Shown piece by piece: positions 1 to 12,200 of a DNA stretch of 64,000 bases. Both the position numbers and the translations under genes were made by a program. The notes beneath the pieces are model-generated. The model worked only from the letters and a program-made list of their open reading frames with translations, was not told the origin of the DNA and did no database searches. Origin of the DNA: Trichosphaerium sp. ATCC 40318 (lineage: Eukaryota > Protista > Tubulinea); the NCBI GenBank assembly GCA_038496445.1, contig JALMLS010000268.1:124001-188000 (forward strand), written 5' to 3'. Numbering within the stretch: position 1 is the stretch's first letter; each line of letters begins with the position of its first letter.

Positions 1-552
1 CATACAATAAGTATTTGCAGTTGTTCTGGTATTACTGTTGATGGAGTAAAGGAACTTAAAGATGTTCATGAAATTTTCTTAACTAATCCAAAAGACTCGT
101 GGCTTAAACACCTTGGTAATGTCCATACTATAAATATGTTAGATTGCACTGAGAACACTACTGAAGAAGGTATCAAGGCTCTTAAAAATGTTAAGAAAAT
201 TACTCTATGGCATCCAAAAGACTCATGGCTTAAGCACCTCTGTAATGTCCATACAGTTAAGATTTTACATGATTATAATCGTAGAAAGAAATATGTAACA
301 GATGAAGGAATCAAGTCATTAACAAATGTTAAACTCCTAGTGCTTAGATGTTGTAATATTACAGACTCAAGTTTGAAGCACTTGGTTAATCTTGAGTACC
401 TTGATCTTATCAGTTGTGATGTTATAACAAACGCATGTTTTAAGCACATGAAGTCACTCAAATCCATTTCAATACTTAGTTGCCCAAGATTAAATAAAAA
501 GTATATAAAATCATTGGGCATAACTATTTATAAAGAAGGTAAGTTCCATTGA
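1..552 (+). CDS. Leucine-rich repeat protein, 3' part (probably F-box/LRR family; 5' end outside window)
   Basis: Intronless LRR units such as NVHTINMLDCTENTTEEGIKAL and LTNVKLLVLRCCNITDSSLKHLVNLEYLDL; C-terminal half resembles the 55071-55985 protein (SWLK.L.NVHTV.I ... C.KHMKSLKS); stop at 552. Confidence 0.8.
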   Translation, partial: HTISICSCSGITVDGVKELKDVHEIFLTNPKDSWLKHLGNVHTINMLDCTENTTEEGIKALKNVKKITLWHPKDSWLKHLCNVHTVKILHDYNRRKKYVTDEGIKSLTNVKLLVLRCCNITDSSLKHLVNLEYLDLISCDVITNACFKHMKSLKSISILSCPRLNKKYIKSLGITIYKEGKFH

Positions 553-575
553 AAACATTTGCTTTATTTGGCATT

Positions 576-3500
576 TTAATGAAAGTGGGAGTGTGTACTT
601 GTCTTGTATCTGGAAGAAGGATCTATAACCAACAAAAAATAAATAAAAACTTTAACAAGAAAAAAAAATTCACGTGCCAATCGTGTGCATGCTGAAACTT
701 GACTGCAAATCTGCTGGCTCGGCAGCTACCAAAACTCTAACAAAGTATTTAGATACACGCTAAGGATAAGCTTCAAAGTATTTCGATGATAACATGTGGA
801 GAGCGTGGTTGGTGTAAATCCGCGGATTTTCTATTTTTTACGAACCTGTAAAAGCGTGCTGCATTGTTGAGAACTTTTTGAGGTTCTTTCTCTTTCATAT
901 CAAAGAATTCTTTAATCATATATGCAGTATCTAGTGCTGATAGTACTGCTCTATTTGCGCCTGTACCTTTTGGCCAGAAAGGTTCAATCAAAGCGTCACC
1001 TGAAATACATTTTTAACAAAGAATTACAAATAACTGTGTTAGAGTAACGCACCGACTAGAGATACCGGTAGGCAAGGGTGGATAGCACAACCTTGTTTAG
1101 GATCTTTTACATCAAGCACGAGGAATGGTTGTTTAGCTTGCTTCTTTTTAGAGAAGTCAAACACAGCAACATCATTGAATCCGCCTGTGATAATAAATTA
1201 AAAATAGATTTGCAAAGAGATCACGAACCTTTGCTTGCAAGAGAAAATTTACACGTTTCAGGTAATCCAACGTGAGTAGCAACAACACGGACAAGTTCTT
1301 CTAGTTGAACACGATCAACATTAGCAGAGGATAGCAAGCCTTGATCATCAGCCAAGTTCTCTCTGCAAACGCCTTTTATTGTATAAATAAAAATAAAAAA
1401 TGGACTATTGGCGAACCTCTAGCCAGCAGTGTCGACTTCTTTGCTGTCATTACAAAGTAATGTGTCTCGCCTAAGTAATGCGTGAAAACTTTGGTTTATA
1501 ACCGGGTTTCATACCTCTGTAGTAAACAAGATTTTCAAGTTCAATCTCATACTTATCCTTTAATTCCTTAAAGAACTTTTGATCATAAATGGCAAGAATA
1601 CCTAAGCGCCATAAGGTTGTAGTCTTTGTTGTTTTTCTTTAATAAAAGTCTTACCAAACTCTCTAATATCTTGCTCTGGTTTTGTTTTTGTATTAACAAA
1701 GTTACACGTAATACCAATAGCTCTGCTGCCTTGGAAGATTTTTCTTTCGAAAATAATTATTATTGTGTTCTGTGTTTATGACGCATCTTACCTTTCAAAT
1801 TCAGCGAATTGGGCAACTCTAGAACCTTCTCCATCACCTCCTACTAGCACATTGTACTTAAGAAGTTCAGGAGCAAGGTTTTCAAGCTCAGAGTCAACCT
1901 TTGCTGTCCACATGTAACAGTTCGATTTCTGTTAGAAGAATATTAGCATATATCCAACGAACGATATTTCCACGTGTACCTCTTCATAGGCTGGTTCTCC
2001 TATGCCAACAAGAGAAGTCATATGTAGAATCTTGACCCCAAGAATGAGAGCAATCTTCGTTAGTAAGAGTTGAAGTTGTCTGATCGCGATGTGGTTGATT
2101 CCTCCAGTGCAAAATTTGCCGTAAAAATATTTAGCACCTAATATATTGTAAATATCAGTCGAGTGGATATCGCTTCTCAAAACCATCTGACTTACCAATA
2201 TTTTTGAAATCGCGTATTGAAGAAGGCCATAAGTGAAGTAGATTGTTTCTAGAAAATTTTCTTCTCTTTTCTAACACAACAACATGTGCTCCAAGCATAG
2301 CACTCTCAATAGCTGTACGTAAACCCGCAGGTCCAGCACCTGCTACAAGAACACGACATTTATCCATGTTATTGCACTTGTACTCTGGCTAGAAGAAAAG
2401 TCAGACCACGAGTCAAAAAAAAGCCAAACAAATCAGAAATTAATCAAAAAAAAACTAACGAACCTGCTTCATTCTCTTTGTCAACAAAGTCCATAAAACC
2501 TTCGCTCTTACGTTATCTGATGTTTCGTCTTTAAGAAGCTCGAATAGATTACAATCTTTTTCCGCATTACAGCTTTCTTTCAAAGCGCCGAACGTTCTCA
2601 GACTCTCTTCGAAAGTAGAAGCATCAACAAAAGCTGTAAACAATCGACCTGTTTCGTTATCTGTAGATGCTTTGAAATCTGATTGCTAATCACGTGATTA
2701 ATATTTTTGAGCACGTGTAAAGTTACAAAGTAATAATAATGACAAAGTACTTACACGAATATCCTTGCTGAGAATCTCATGGTAACTCTTCAAAAAATCA
2801 AGCTGGCTGATACCTTTTTGTTGACCTTCTTGCTCGGCTACTTGTTTGAAAGCTTTTTCAGTGTGGCGCCTCAATATGAGCTTGGATAGACTTGATCCTA
2901 CGAGCGACTCTTTGAGCTGATAGAATTCGTCCTTATCAAGGACTCCACTGTTATCAATATCAAACCTAAAGAAGAGACTGTGAGTAACAAACGTCTTTTC
3001 GTTTGGAAAAAAAAACAACACGTACTTTTCAAACTCGTGTAGTGCCTCTTCAATTTTTTCAACAGTCCAATCTATTTATCACTATTAGAGGTACGTAAAT
3101 ACTCGCTTGTAGTACCTGGAAACTCTGGGGCTAATAATAACGCTAGATGGCGCGTCTCATTATCGTAAATATCTTTATACGCATGTAGAAACCCTTCCAA
3201 AGAAAGTCTTATAGAAATAAGCATTTTGAATGTGTACTTTAAAGTTCAACACTTACGATCCTGTTTTTACATCAAGCCCTGCTTTCTTATAGTGGTAATC
3301 GGTTAGCTTCTCCAAGAGACAATCAGATACACCAGGAACAAGCCTTCTAAGTAATCTTTTAAACTCATTACACTCAAGTGTATCAGATTTATCAGCATCA
3401 GCTTCTTTAAAAATAGTTATTGCCGAATCAACTTCATCTTCGCTAAGATCTAAATAAAACAAAAATAAAATTAGTCACGTGATCTGGTGAAAGGCAAAAA

Positions 3501-4662
3501 AAGCATTTTCAAGAATCATCAAGTCGGGCAATGAAGAAGCTAAGCTTCAATAATGAGCGCTCGCAGAGTTACTTCTAGATGGATAATATAGATATACAAA
3601 GGGCAGTGCATTGGTTAGTGTTTTTTTTTGTTAAACGTGCTTGAACCTTTGAACTGCTCGTAATACTTTTGTCTCTCAGCCTTTAATGCAGCTTCAGCTG
3701 CTTCTCTTTTTTCTTTCGCTTCTTGCTCAAGTCTTAATTTCTCCTCTTCCTCTTTCTTCTTTTTATTCTGAACAAATAAAAAATTATTTTTGTTGATTGC
3801 TCATTATCTAGTTTTAAAACGAACCTGCTTCTGTAACCTCATATTCTCCCTTTGCTTTAACATTCGTTCTTTATCCTTATCAACTGCTGAGCTTGCAGAG
3901 GAAGTCTAAACAGAAAACGAGTTAATTAAGACTTAACTTCAAAAAAACTCTCCTAACTAATGCATACCTTTTGTGGAGCCGCTGTTGTTGCTTTAGGCGC
4001 AGTCGTTGGTGTCTTACGAGAAGCATTAGATTTATCACCACTTCCATAATCAGCGCCTAGTTTAAAAGTCATCAAAATCGCGTTTTCTACGCCGCAGGGC
4101 CACGTATAAGACATTACCGGTTGATTTTTTAAGTTTTTTTATTATTTCCTCTTCCTCAACATCTTCGATGCAAGTTGCGTTTATTCTTACATGATAACCT
4201 CTAAACAAGCGTTCTACTTGCGTAGAATGGCCTGGATACACGCCCTAAAGGCAAAACTTAGAAAATCGTATTAATCGACTTATTCTGCTGTACTCTTGAT
4301 GATCCTTGTACGCTTTCACCACACCAAGCAATGTATGCTAATTTGTTCTGTCCGTTAATTTCTTGTTGTACCAAAGCGAACTGAATCTTGCTGTCGTCTA
4401 AGCATTCGCATAGTTCTTCAATGCCATCCTCTCCTGACTCCTTTACTTCCAATTTTGATTTCGAACCTTTGGCATAACCGACAATAACACTACAAAACAT
4501 TCGTAAATGCCTCTTATACCTTATTGACGTACAAATTAATACCAGCAGAGGAAGAGACCTCTTTTACCTAAAAACCGCGTTAAAAACGCGCATATCATGT
4601 ATAAAGCAATAGTTACGTACTAGTTTGGCGATTTCTGGATCTGAGAAGTCTACAGTGCTCAT
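576..4662 (-). CDS. ADF-H domain + coiled coil + EF-hands + MICAL-type flavoprotein monooxygenase (multi-exon)
   Basis: ATG at 4662 ([14 protein letters not shown]). ADF-H motifs VIVGY...[19 protein letters not shown]...[12 protein letters not shown]...YHVRINA; EF-hand loops [12 protein letters not shown] and [12 protein letters not shown]; MICAL motifs [76 protein letters not shown]; TAA at 576-578. Exon phases from the ATG into the monooxygenase domain join in frame. Confidence 0.85.
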
Positions 4663-5424
4663 AACAGGAACTACTTACAAAAAAAGTGGATTGACTTGGT
4701 AGTGACCAGTTGCCCCGAGGCCTTCGTATTCAAAGATGCGGAGGTTTTTTAGTTCCTAACAGCTACTGTTTCTTTGAAGCCTTCATGAGACATAACAGAC
4801 ATGTGATTGACACTTTGAAAAATATGTAAAATTCAAAGTTAAGTACTACGGATGATCAACTGAAGATATAGAATTATGTTGTGCAGTTGAGCAGAGCAAT
4901 GACCAAAATCAGCGCATGCTACTACGGTAACCATCCCTCTTTACTTTATTCTGCAAAAAACAAGAACATCTCTTTTTTAAAGTCAAGTTTCACGAGATGA
5001 ATAAACAACAATTTGTTGGCACTTTTGCTCATAATTGATGGAGTTTAGTTTCATTTGGGATGTTGTTAGGAATGCAAACGACCCAAAATCGGGAACATTA
5101 CTCAAAATCCATCTAGAATCAAAAACTCCTAACACCGGCCATCTGAAAGACCATTTCACAATGATGTCATAATCTTACACTAATTGCCAAGAGGTACTGC
5201 GTAAACTCTGATTGGACTTAGAGCCAAAAACAGCATTTATTACAAGGTCCTAAAGAAAACCCTCACACAATACTGAATCAGTATAAAACCCATGTAAAGT
5301 TTGAATACCATTTTTGTCCACATGAACTAGCAAAAAGCTTTGATGCGCTAGTTGGTTGATCGTATTATTAAAATAAAAAAACCTAATAAAGTTGATAAAA
5401 ACATAATTCTCATAGCCCAAAACG

Positions 5425-7266
5425 ATGCACAGCCTCTTTACTCTGTGTGGAAGTGTTTATTTACTTCTAATCATCATCACAGTTATTAGTACGTCGTATA
5501 AACTCAGCACACAAGAGAACAATTCTTCTAGCTTCTAAAGACGTTTATTTTCATTCTACGTCTTGTTTATCTTATACGGGTTCTAGACGCAGAATATAAA
5601 CAGTATACTGACTTTCAAGTTTACGATACGTATTGTAGGTACTCATATAAAACATTAACAAAACCTAGTACGATACTCGTATATCCACGTGTCGCAGGAT
5701 CAACAGCTTTTTTATGACTTAGTTTTTCTAGTTCTGCAGGTGATGACGACGACAACGACAGAGACACTAACTACGCGCGTGAAAATAAGCTTGAAATAAA
5801 CAATAGCCCTGAAAAATTCGGCCTGATAAAATTTGATGTGTTTGAGCCGTTAGGTACGCCCAGATTTGTTTTTTTAACGTGATTTTTTTTCTTCGTAGTA
5901 CAACTTTTGGCCAACCGTTCCAAACTAGGCCCTGTTCCATTAAATGCTAGCATTCTCAGCGCTACGCTTTCATTTGTTGCTGGATCAGACCATATTGAGG
6001 ACGCTTATATCTACGAGGTTTTAAAAGAATGGAATGACACGACTGTTACTTATAATAATTTCCGCACGTGATTTAGTATATGTTTATTTATGTAACAATT
6101 GACAGCAGAGGCTCCACCAGCGTCCAATATTGTAACAACATCTATCAATAGCGAGCCACTTGCAGCTAGAGACAATGATTGGTTGCACTGCGACGTATTA
6201 TGTGCGCTCATTGCCGTGGAGTAATTCTAGTTTTAACTGAATTGTTTAGCTTCTATTAGAAAATGGTCAAGCAGTATACTTACGAACAATGGATGGATGA
6301 TTCGTACATCCAGTTGCGTATATAAACATCCAATTATATAAATAACTATGAGCTAGGTAGTAGAAAATCGACAATATCTAGTTCTGAGGTTTCTAATAAC
6401 CAAAAACCATTTCTAAACGTAACATGGTTTGAACCTAATGTACTCTCTTATTATAAGTTAAACCCACAATAACAACCCTGGTAGTGTACTTTTGGAAATA
6501 TCTTGTGTAGATGCAGTGACGATGTATTCGAGTCAACCTATGATTGCATAGGAGAGCTTAATGGTCTCGCAAGGCTTCCACTCAGAAAAACAATTTGGCA
6601 AAGTACAAAAAAAAAAGTACAAACTCAATGTAACTTTTTTTCCGTAGATCAATTGGTAACTGCCGTCAACTCTACACTTGTGTTCGGTGACCGCAACACT
6701 GCTCTTTATTTGCTCGAGTGTCATGATATTAAAGGTATCACGTGATCGTCTCACAAGAAAACTGCTAACGGAGCGAAAAAAAAAGGAAATATTTCAGTTG
6801 ACTATAATATTCATTCTACAGCCGAAGTAACTATAGCTGAATGGGAAGCAGGATGTTCAATCGATTCCAAGATAGTTTCTTTCGCAAAAGAAGATCCATG
6901 TACTTCAGCTGAAGCTCAAGAAAAAGGTTAAAAGTCAACTTTTAGAAAGAAGCTAATATGATATTAGGTAATACTCTCGTTGCTGTTTTCAGCAACAAGT
7001 GCCATACAGTTAAGACCTATATTTGGTGGATAGTATCTATTATTATAGTCTTCGTTATAGTAATTGGTAAAGGTTTTTTCTAATAACTGTGCTGCGACTT
7101 ACTCTTGTTTTAAGCTGTAATCTTGGTTGTAACATTTTATCCTCCTGCGAAATCTCTTGTGATGCCATTCAGACTTAGTTCTGAAAAAGTTACACGAAAT
7201 CGTGCAATGACTTCTGGTATTATTATGACAGCTTCATCGAAGGCTGATACTGAAGCTGAGTCTTGA
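5425..7266 (+). CDS. Type I membrane protein with DNRLRE/CBM96-like extracellular domain (multi-exon)
   Basis: Hydrophobic N-terminus MHSLFTLCGSVYLLLIIITVI; motif FGLIKFDV...VPLNASILSATLSF...IYEVLKEWNDTTVTYNN; C-terminal TM helix YIWWIVSIIIVFVIVIAVILVVTF, short tail, TGA at 7264-7266. Internal exons approximate. Confidence 0.6.
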
Positions 7267-7609
7267 TATACTTAAGCGCCTCTGTAACTATATTATAAAA
7301 GTAAACTTTGTTGTATCATAACTTATGACAAAACTGCTGCTGAAAAATGCAGATAACATCATTCAATAAACAAGTTGATTGCACAAATAAGTTATAGGCC
7401 GGTTCGTGGTAAAACGGTTTACAAGCAAGCGATACGCTAGAGTCAGGATAATGAACCTTTATATTGGAGACAATCAATCAAGTGAGATACTACTTAACCT
7501 CCAATGGGGACATTATAGTGCCTTGTTCCTTCTTGTGCAATCTTTTATGCAAACTGTACACAATAATGATTTAAGAAGTATGTTGCTATCACATGAGAAT
7601 TTTTTATTT

Positions 7610-9014
7610 CTAAATACCGTAGCAAGAACGTGTATTTTCTCTACATGCTTTTAACACAGTTTCTATATCAATATTTTTTAATGTTGCAATTTGTTTGGCG
7701 ATTACAGGAATATAACCACTATGACAAATAGCACGTGAAGGTGACGGCGTCATATATGGTCCATCAGTCTCCAGGAGTATTTTATCAAGAGGCACATACT
7801 TTGCGCACTCACGAATATGTTCTAGCAAAAAAGTTGGCTCGCTGTAACAGAACCTGTTTGGTTGTTTGCTATAACTGACGTACTGTTGTTTGGAAAAGTA
7901 ATCGCTCCTGTGAAACCAATATACACATTAGAAAAGTCCTTTAAAAGTCTAGTAGCATCCTCAGCAGTGTCTGTGAAGCAATGAACATGACATTTGTGAT
8001 CACCTAATAGTGACAGTTAACGAATATGAACAAGAATTTGCGTCAGTTTGCATACTTGGCATACACGCTTTCATAACATCATATGTCTCTTGTACTGCTT
8101 TACGACTATGTACAACTACTGGAACACCTTTACGAGCAAATGAATTAGCACAAAGTTAACAAATGTGAAAAACTTCAACAAGAAAAAAAACCTCTTCGCA
8201 CACTTTACCTAGTTGTACTGCTGACTTAAAAAGAAGGAGTTAACAATGGTTCAAAGCACACAGTTACCATACCAACAGTTGTTGAGAGAAGGCATCTATT
8301 TGAGCATCTCGTGGTGACAAATTCTTAAAAAAGTCTAATCCTGTTTCGCCCCAAGCAACAGCCTTTTAATATTATCATTTAAAGCCAAGCAGAATTAGTT
8401 GAGAATAGTACCTTTGGGTGTAACATTCTTTCTGTTATTTTAGCAGCAATAGTATCATTGTAGTACTTAGCGTTGTGTGGATGTATTCCTGCGAAGAGAA
8501 TGAGCAATTTGGTTGTTTTTGTAGATTGTTATTGATACGCCTGTAAATGGCTTGATTATGCATGTGGCGTACCAAAAGCTGCGTAACAACGAGGATCAGT
8601 TAGAATTTCAGGGAACATTGAACAAGCTTCTGACATTATAGCTGCTGGGTCACAAAAGACGCTAATAGCGCCCTCAAAATTGTTTGGGTGTTTGAACCGT
8701 TGGAAATACGTTCTTTTTGTACGTTAATATGTAATTTGCGCATCCTACGCGTACTTGATGTCATTTATACGCTTTTTTTGCATTGTGTATTCGATATGAA
8801 CATGAGTGTCTACAAAACCTGTCTCGCATGTTGGAATGTCGATTGGTTTGCTGTCGGCTTATTAAAAACGTTACCTAAAGCAACAAAATGACACTCAACT
8901 ATTTCTTCCTCCACGCTTGCTTCTTCCTCTTCTACCACGCCCACCGCGACCACGACCTCTGTTGTTACGACTTTTTCCGCGGGTTTGGGTAGCGTTTCCG
9001 CTGTTGTTGGCCAT
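7610..9014 (-). CDS. TatD-family metal-dependent DNase with RGG-rich N-terminus
   Basis: FVDTHVHIEY (HxH), GIHPHNAK, AWGETGLDF, VVVHSR, CHVHCFT, ILLETDGPYMTP motifs; exon 1 encodes RGRGRGGRGRGRSKRGG. Confidence 0.9.
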
Positions 9015-9286
9015 GTTGGTAAAAAGTCAGAATAAGTCTATAAAAAAAAAGCTGCTGGGACTTATCCTGGTTCCTAAAGTGTATAACACGGTGTATTATA
9101 TCTTATAGAATTGAAAGAAACAAATATTGAGCATTTTACGTTACAAGGTGAGGCAAGAATACAGTTTATTTGCGGTGTAAACTTTTCAGTCATTATTGCA
9201 AGCATGTACCGCTGAATAAACGCTTTGTAGGCTAATTGAGAGTATAATTAAGAAATTTCCTATACTTTATCACGTGACAATACAGT

Positions 9287-12200
9287 ATGGACACGTTTTT
9301 ACTACCTTCTTTGATGGCTGAGCTAAACAAAGCCAAAAAACATTGGGAACTTCATGGTAATAACATTTTTTTGTTTTATTTTTTTTTTCATATCTATCGC
9401 TCGTTTAACACTTGGTTATCGGTATATAGGTAACGTTGTAGGTGAAGATCAATGTGAGTGTATAGCTCAACTTCTAGGAGAAACTGGTAGCATTAATTCG
9501 CTTGATCTATCCGGTACAAACTGCTTCGATTGGATTTTCTTTCGAACGGAAAAATGGCTTTCTATTTGTAGGTTTTTTTTAGCACCTCATATTTTCGAAA
9601 TAGATAACGCAATAGGCGATCATGGATGTCAAGAACTTTCACAATTGCTTCTAACACCCACGCTCACAAAATTAGATTTATCACGTGAGTGACTACAAAC
9701 GTTTTTTCGGTTTGATCTCATGTTAATATTTCGTCGTAGACAATTTTATTGGCAATGACGGGTGTCAAGCTCTTGCTGAAGCATTATCACAAAATCATTC
9801 TCTTACAGAACTCGTACTACACCGTATGTCATGCTAATAATTGCACCTTAATTCACAATGTGTAGATAATGTTATTGGAAACAAAGGATGCGAGGCTTTA
9901 GTTGAAATGCTTCAAACAAACTACACTGTAGCTCACATCGATCTGTCTAGTGAGTTAAACTAGTATGTACATACATGCTAGACACTAACAAGGTTCTTTT
10001 TTGAAGGTAATATTCTGAGCCTGGGACGTACTAACACAATGTTGACAACGCGGTTAGAAAAGAATTATACTCTGCTTGACTTTAACATTTCAGGCACAAT
10101 AATATTGCACGCTTGTCAAGTTTGTTAATTGAATTTGTAGATAATCATCACTTACCTTTATCTACTTTGGATGGTCTATTAGAAAGGAACAAACAAATAG
10201 CAGACTATATAACTACCCTCTATGCTTGTTTTTCGCCTGCAAGCGAGAAACAAGTACGACAAGTTGATATCAAAAACGTAAATCAACAAGTATTCCCTTC
10301 CAACAACATAAACTTCAAACTCGTGGTACTAGGTGCGATATTTTAAGACCTAACAGAATTCGCTATTAACTACTTTTAGGTCATGGAGGCGCAGGTAGGT
10401 AGTTCGCTTTAGGACTTACAGCTGATTTGATAAAGGAAAAACTACGATGATTAACAAATTGCGTAACATTCCAAAGTGTCATGTGACGTCTACTATTGGC
10501 ATTGATGTTACACCCCTAAAGTATTGTAATTTATAGTTTAGTTTTATCTTTAACATTTTTGGAGCGTAGGGTTAACCGGAGCGTACAGTTTAATGTTTAT
10601 GATTTCGGCGGTCAAATTGAATATTTGGATATACATGATTTATTCTTGTCTAATGCCTACACAACTTACATTGTTATGGTATGTATTTTATATATAATTT
10701 CATTGATTATAGTTATAGGTTGACATATCAATGGATGAAAATGATATTCACTTTCATGTTAATCAATGGTTGAAGCTTATTGAAGATAAACTTGGACAAA
10801 CAACCAGAAATTCCGTTGTTGTAGTAGGCTCAAAGTCAGATTTAGTATCTAAGAAGATACTCAAGTCTCGCTTATCTTTATTAAAATCAAGAACAGATCA
10901 TATCAGAGACTCAAGTGTTCTATTGTGTTCATCCGTAACAGGTAAGAAAAAAACAAGAATAGTTATAGACAACTTAAGTGTTCATTGTGTTAAGGCAAGG
11001 GTATATCATCTATTCGTAATATAATATCTTCAATGGGAAGAGATTTACTTAAACGTAATGATATGAAAGAAATACCTAATACACATTATTTGATATTGGA
11101 GATTCTGAAAGGACAAAAACCAATTTTTTTTCAGCTGTAAGAATTATCTTTTTTTTTCACCCCTAGTTTTTTTACCTTTTTATTTTCTTGTTAGAGACTA
11201 TGATTACCTTGATGAATGCGCTATAGAAACATCACATGAAATACAACGCGCACTAGAATTTTGGAACCAACACGGTCATATAATGTTCGAACAGGTGCGA
11301 TTCTCGTTAAGTTGGCAAAAAAAAAAGAGTTAATTTCCTTTAGAACTCTGGCGTCATTTGTACAAATCCTTCAAGTATGTCTAAGATATGTAGCGCATTT
11401 GTTGGGCATGATACACATATTGAACATCTTTTGGATAAAGCACAAGTGCAATGTGAAAAGTCTTCAATTGTTCAAAGAGACACAGCATTATCAAGACTAA
11501 AAGCACTTGATACAATGCAAGGTTGTAACGACCACACAGCAAACCAGATTTTAAGGTTTTTAACACGATTAAATATTTGTTGGCCCTTAACATCAAGAGA
11601 AATGGCACGTGACATATAATACTAAACTACGCTAGAATCTAATGTTTATTGCTTAGATTGAATATCAGACAGATGGGTAACAACAGTGAAAACAGAAAGT
11701 TAAGTCTTAACAATGGTTTAGGTTTATATTCCCAGGTTTGAGGCCCATTGCTGATATCATATATCTACCTCCTTTGAATGAAAAAGACTACAGAGAAAAG
11801 ATTATCGTGGAGAAAGATGGCCAGATTTTTGCATACAAATATCATAGAGACATAGAACAAACAAAGTATGTCATAAAAAAGTCTTGTTCATAGATTTTTC
11901 TTATAAAATACTCTCTAGACCGTATTCTATATTATCTGACATCTCAGTGATGCGATGGAAGTTCGTGCCTCCGAGGACATTCAAAAAAAGTGATTTTAAC
12001 CGATTCCAAGCAACTCATCGAGGTTTGTCTGAAGTTGAAAGTGAAAGATAAACTAACTTCTACTAGACGCTCTTGATATGCGATATGCTCTCTTCTGTAA
12101 CCAAATGATACTGAGAGACTTCTATGGAAATACAGTACTTCTTCATCTTCATACTGAAGGGTTCATAGAAGTTGTTGCTCGTGGCGTATGCCCAAAAATT

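Noticed and set aside
4700-5400. Possible decayed coding sequence between the MICAL-like and CBM96-like genes
   Set aside because: Stops in all frames and no identifiable homology.
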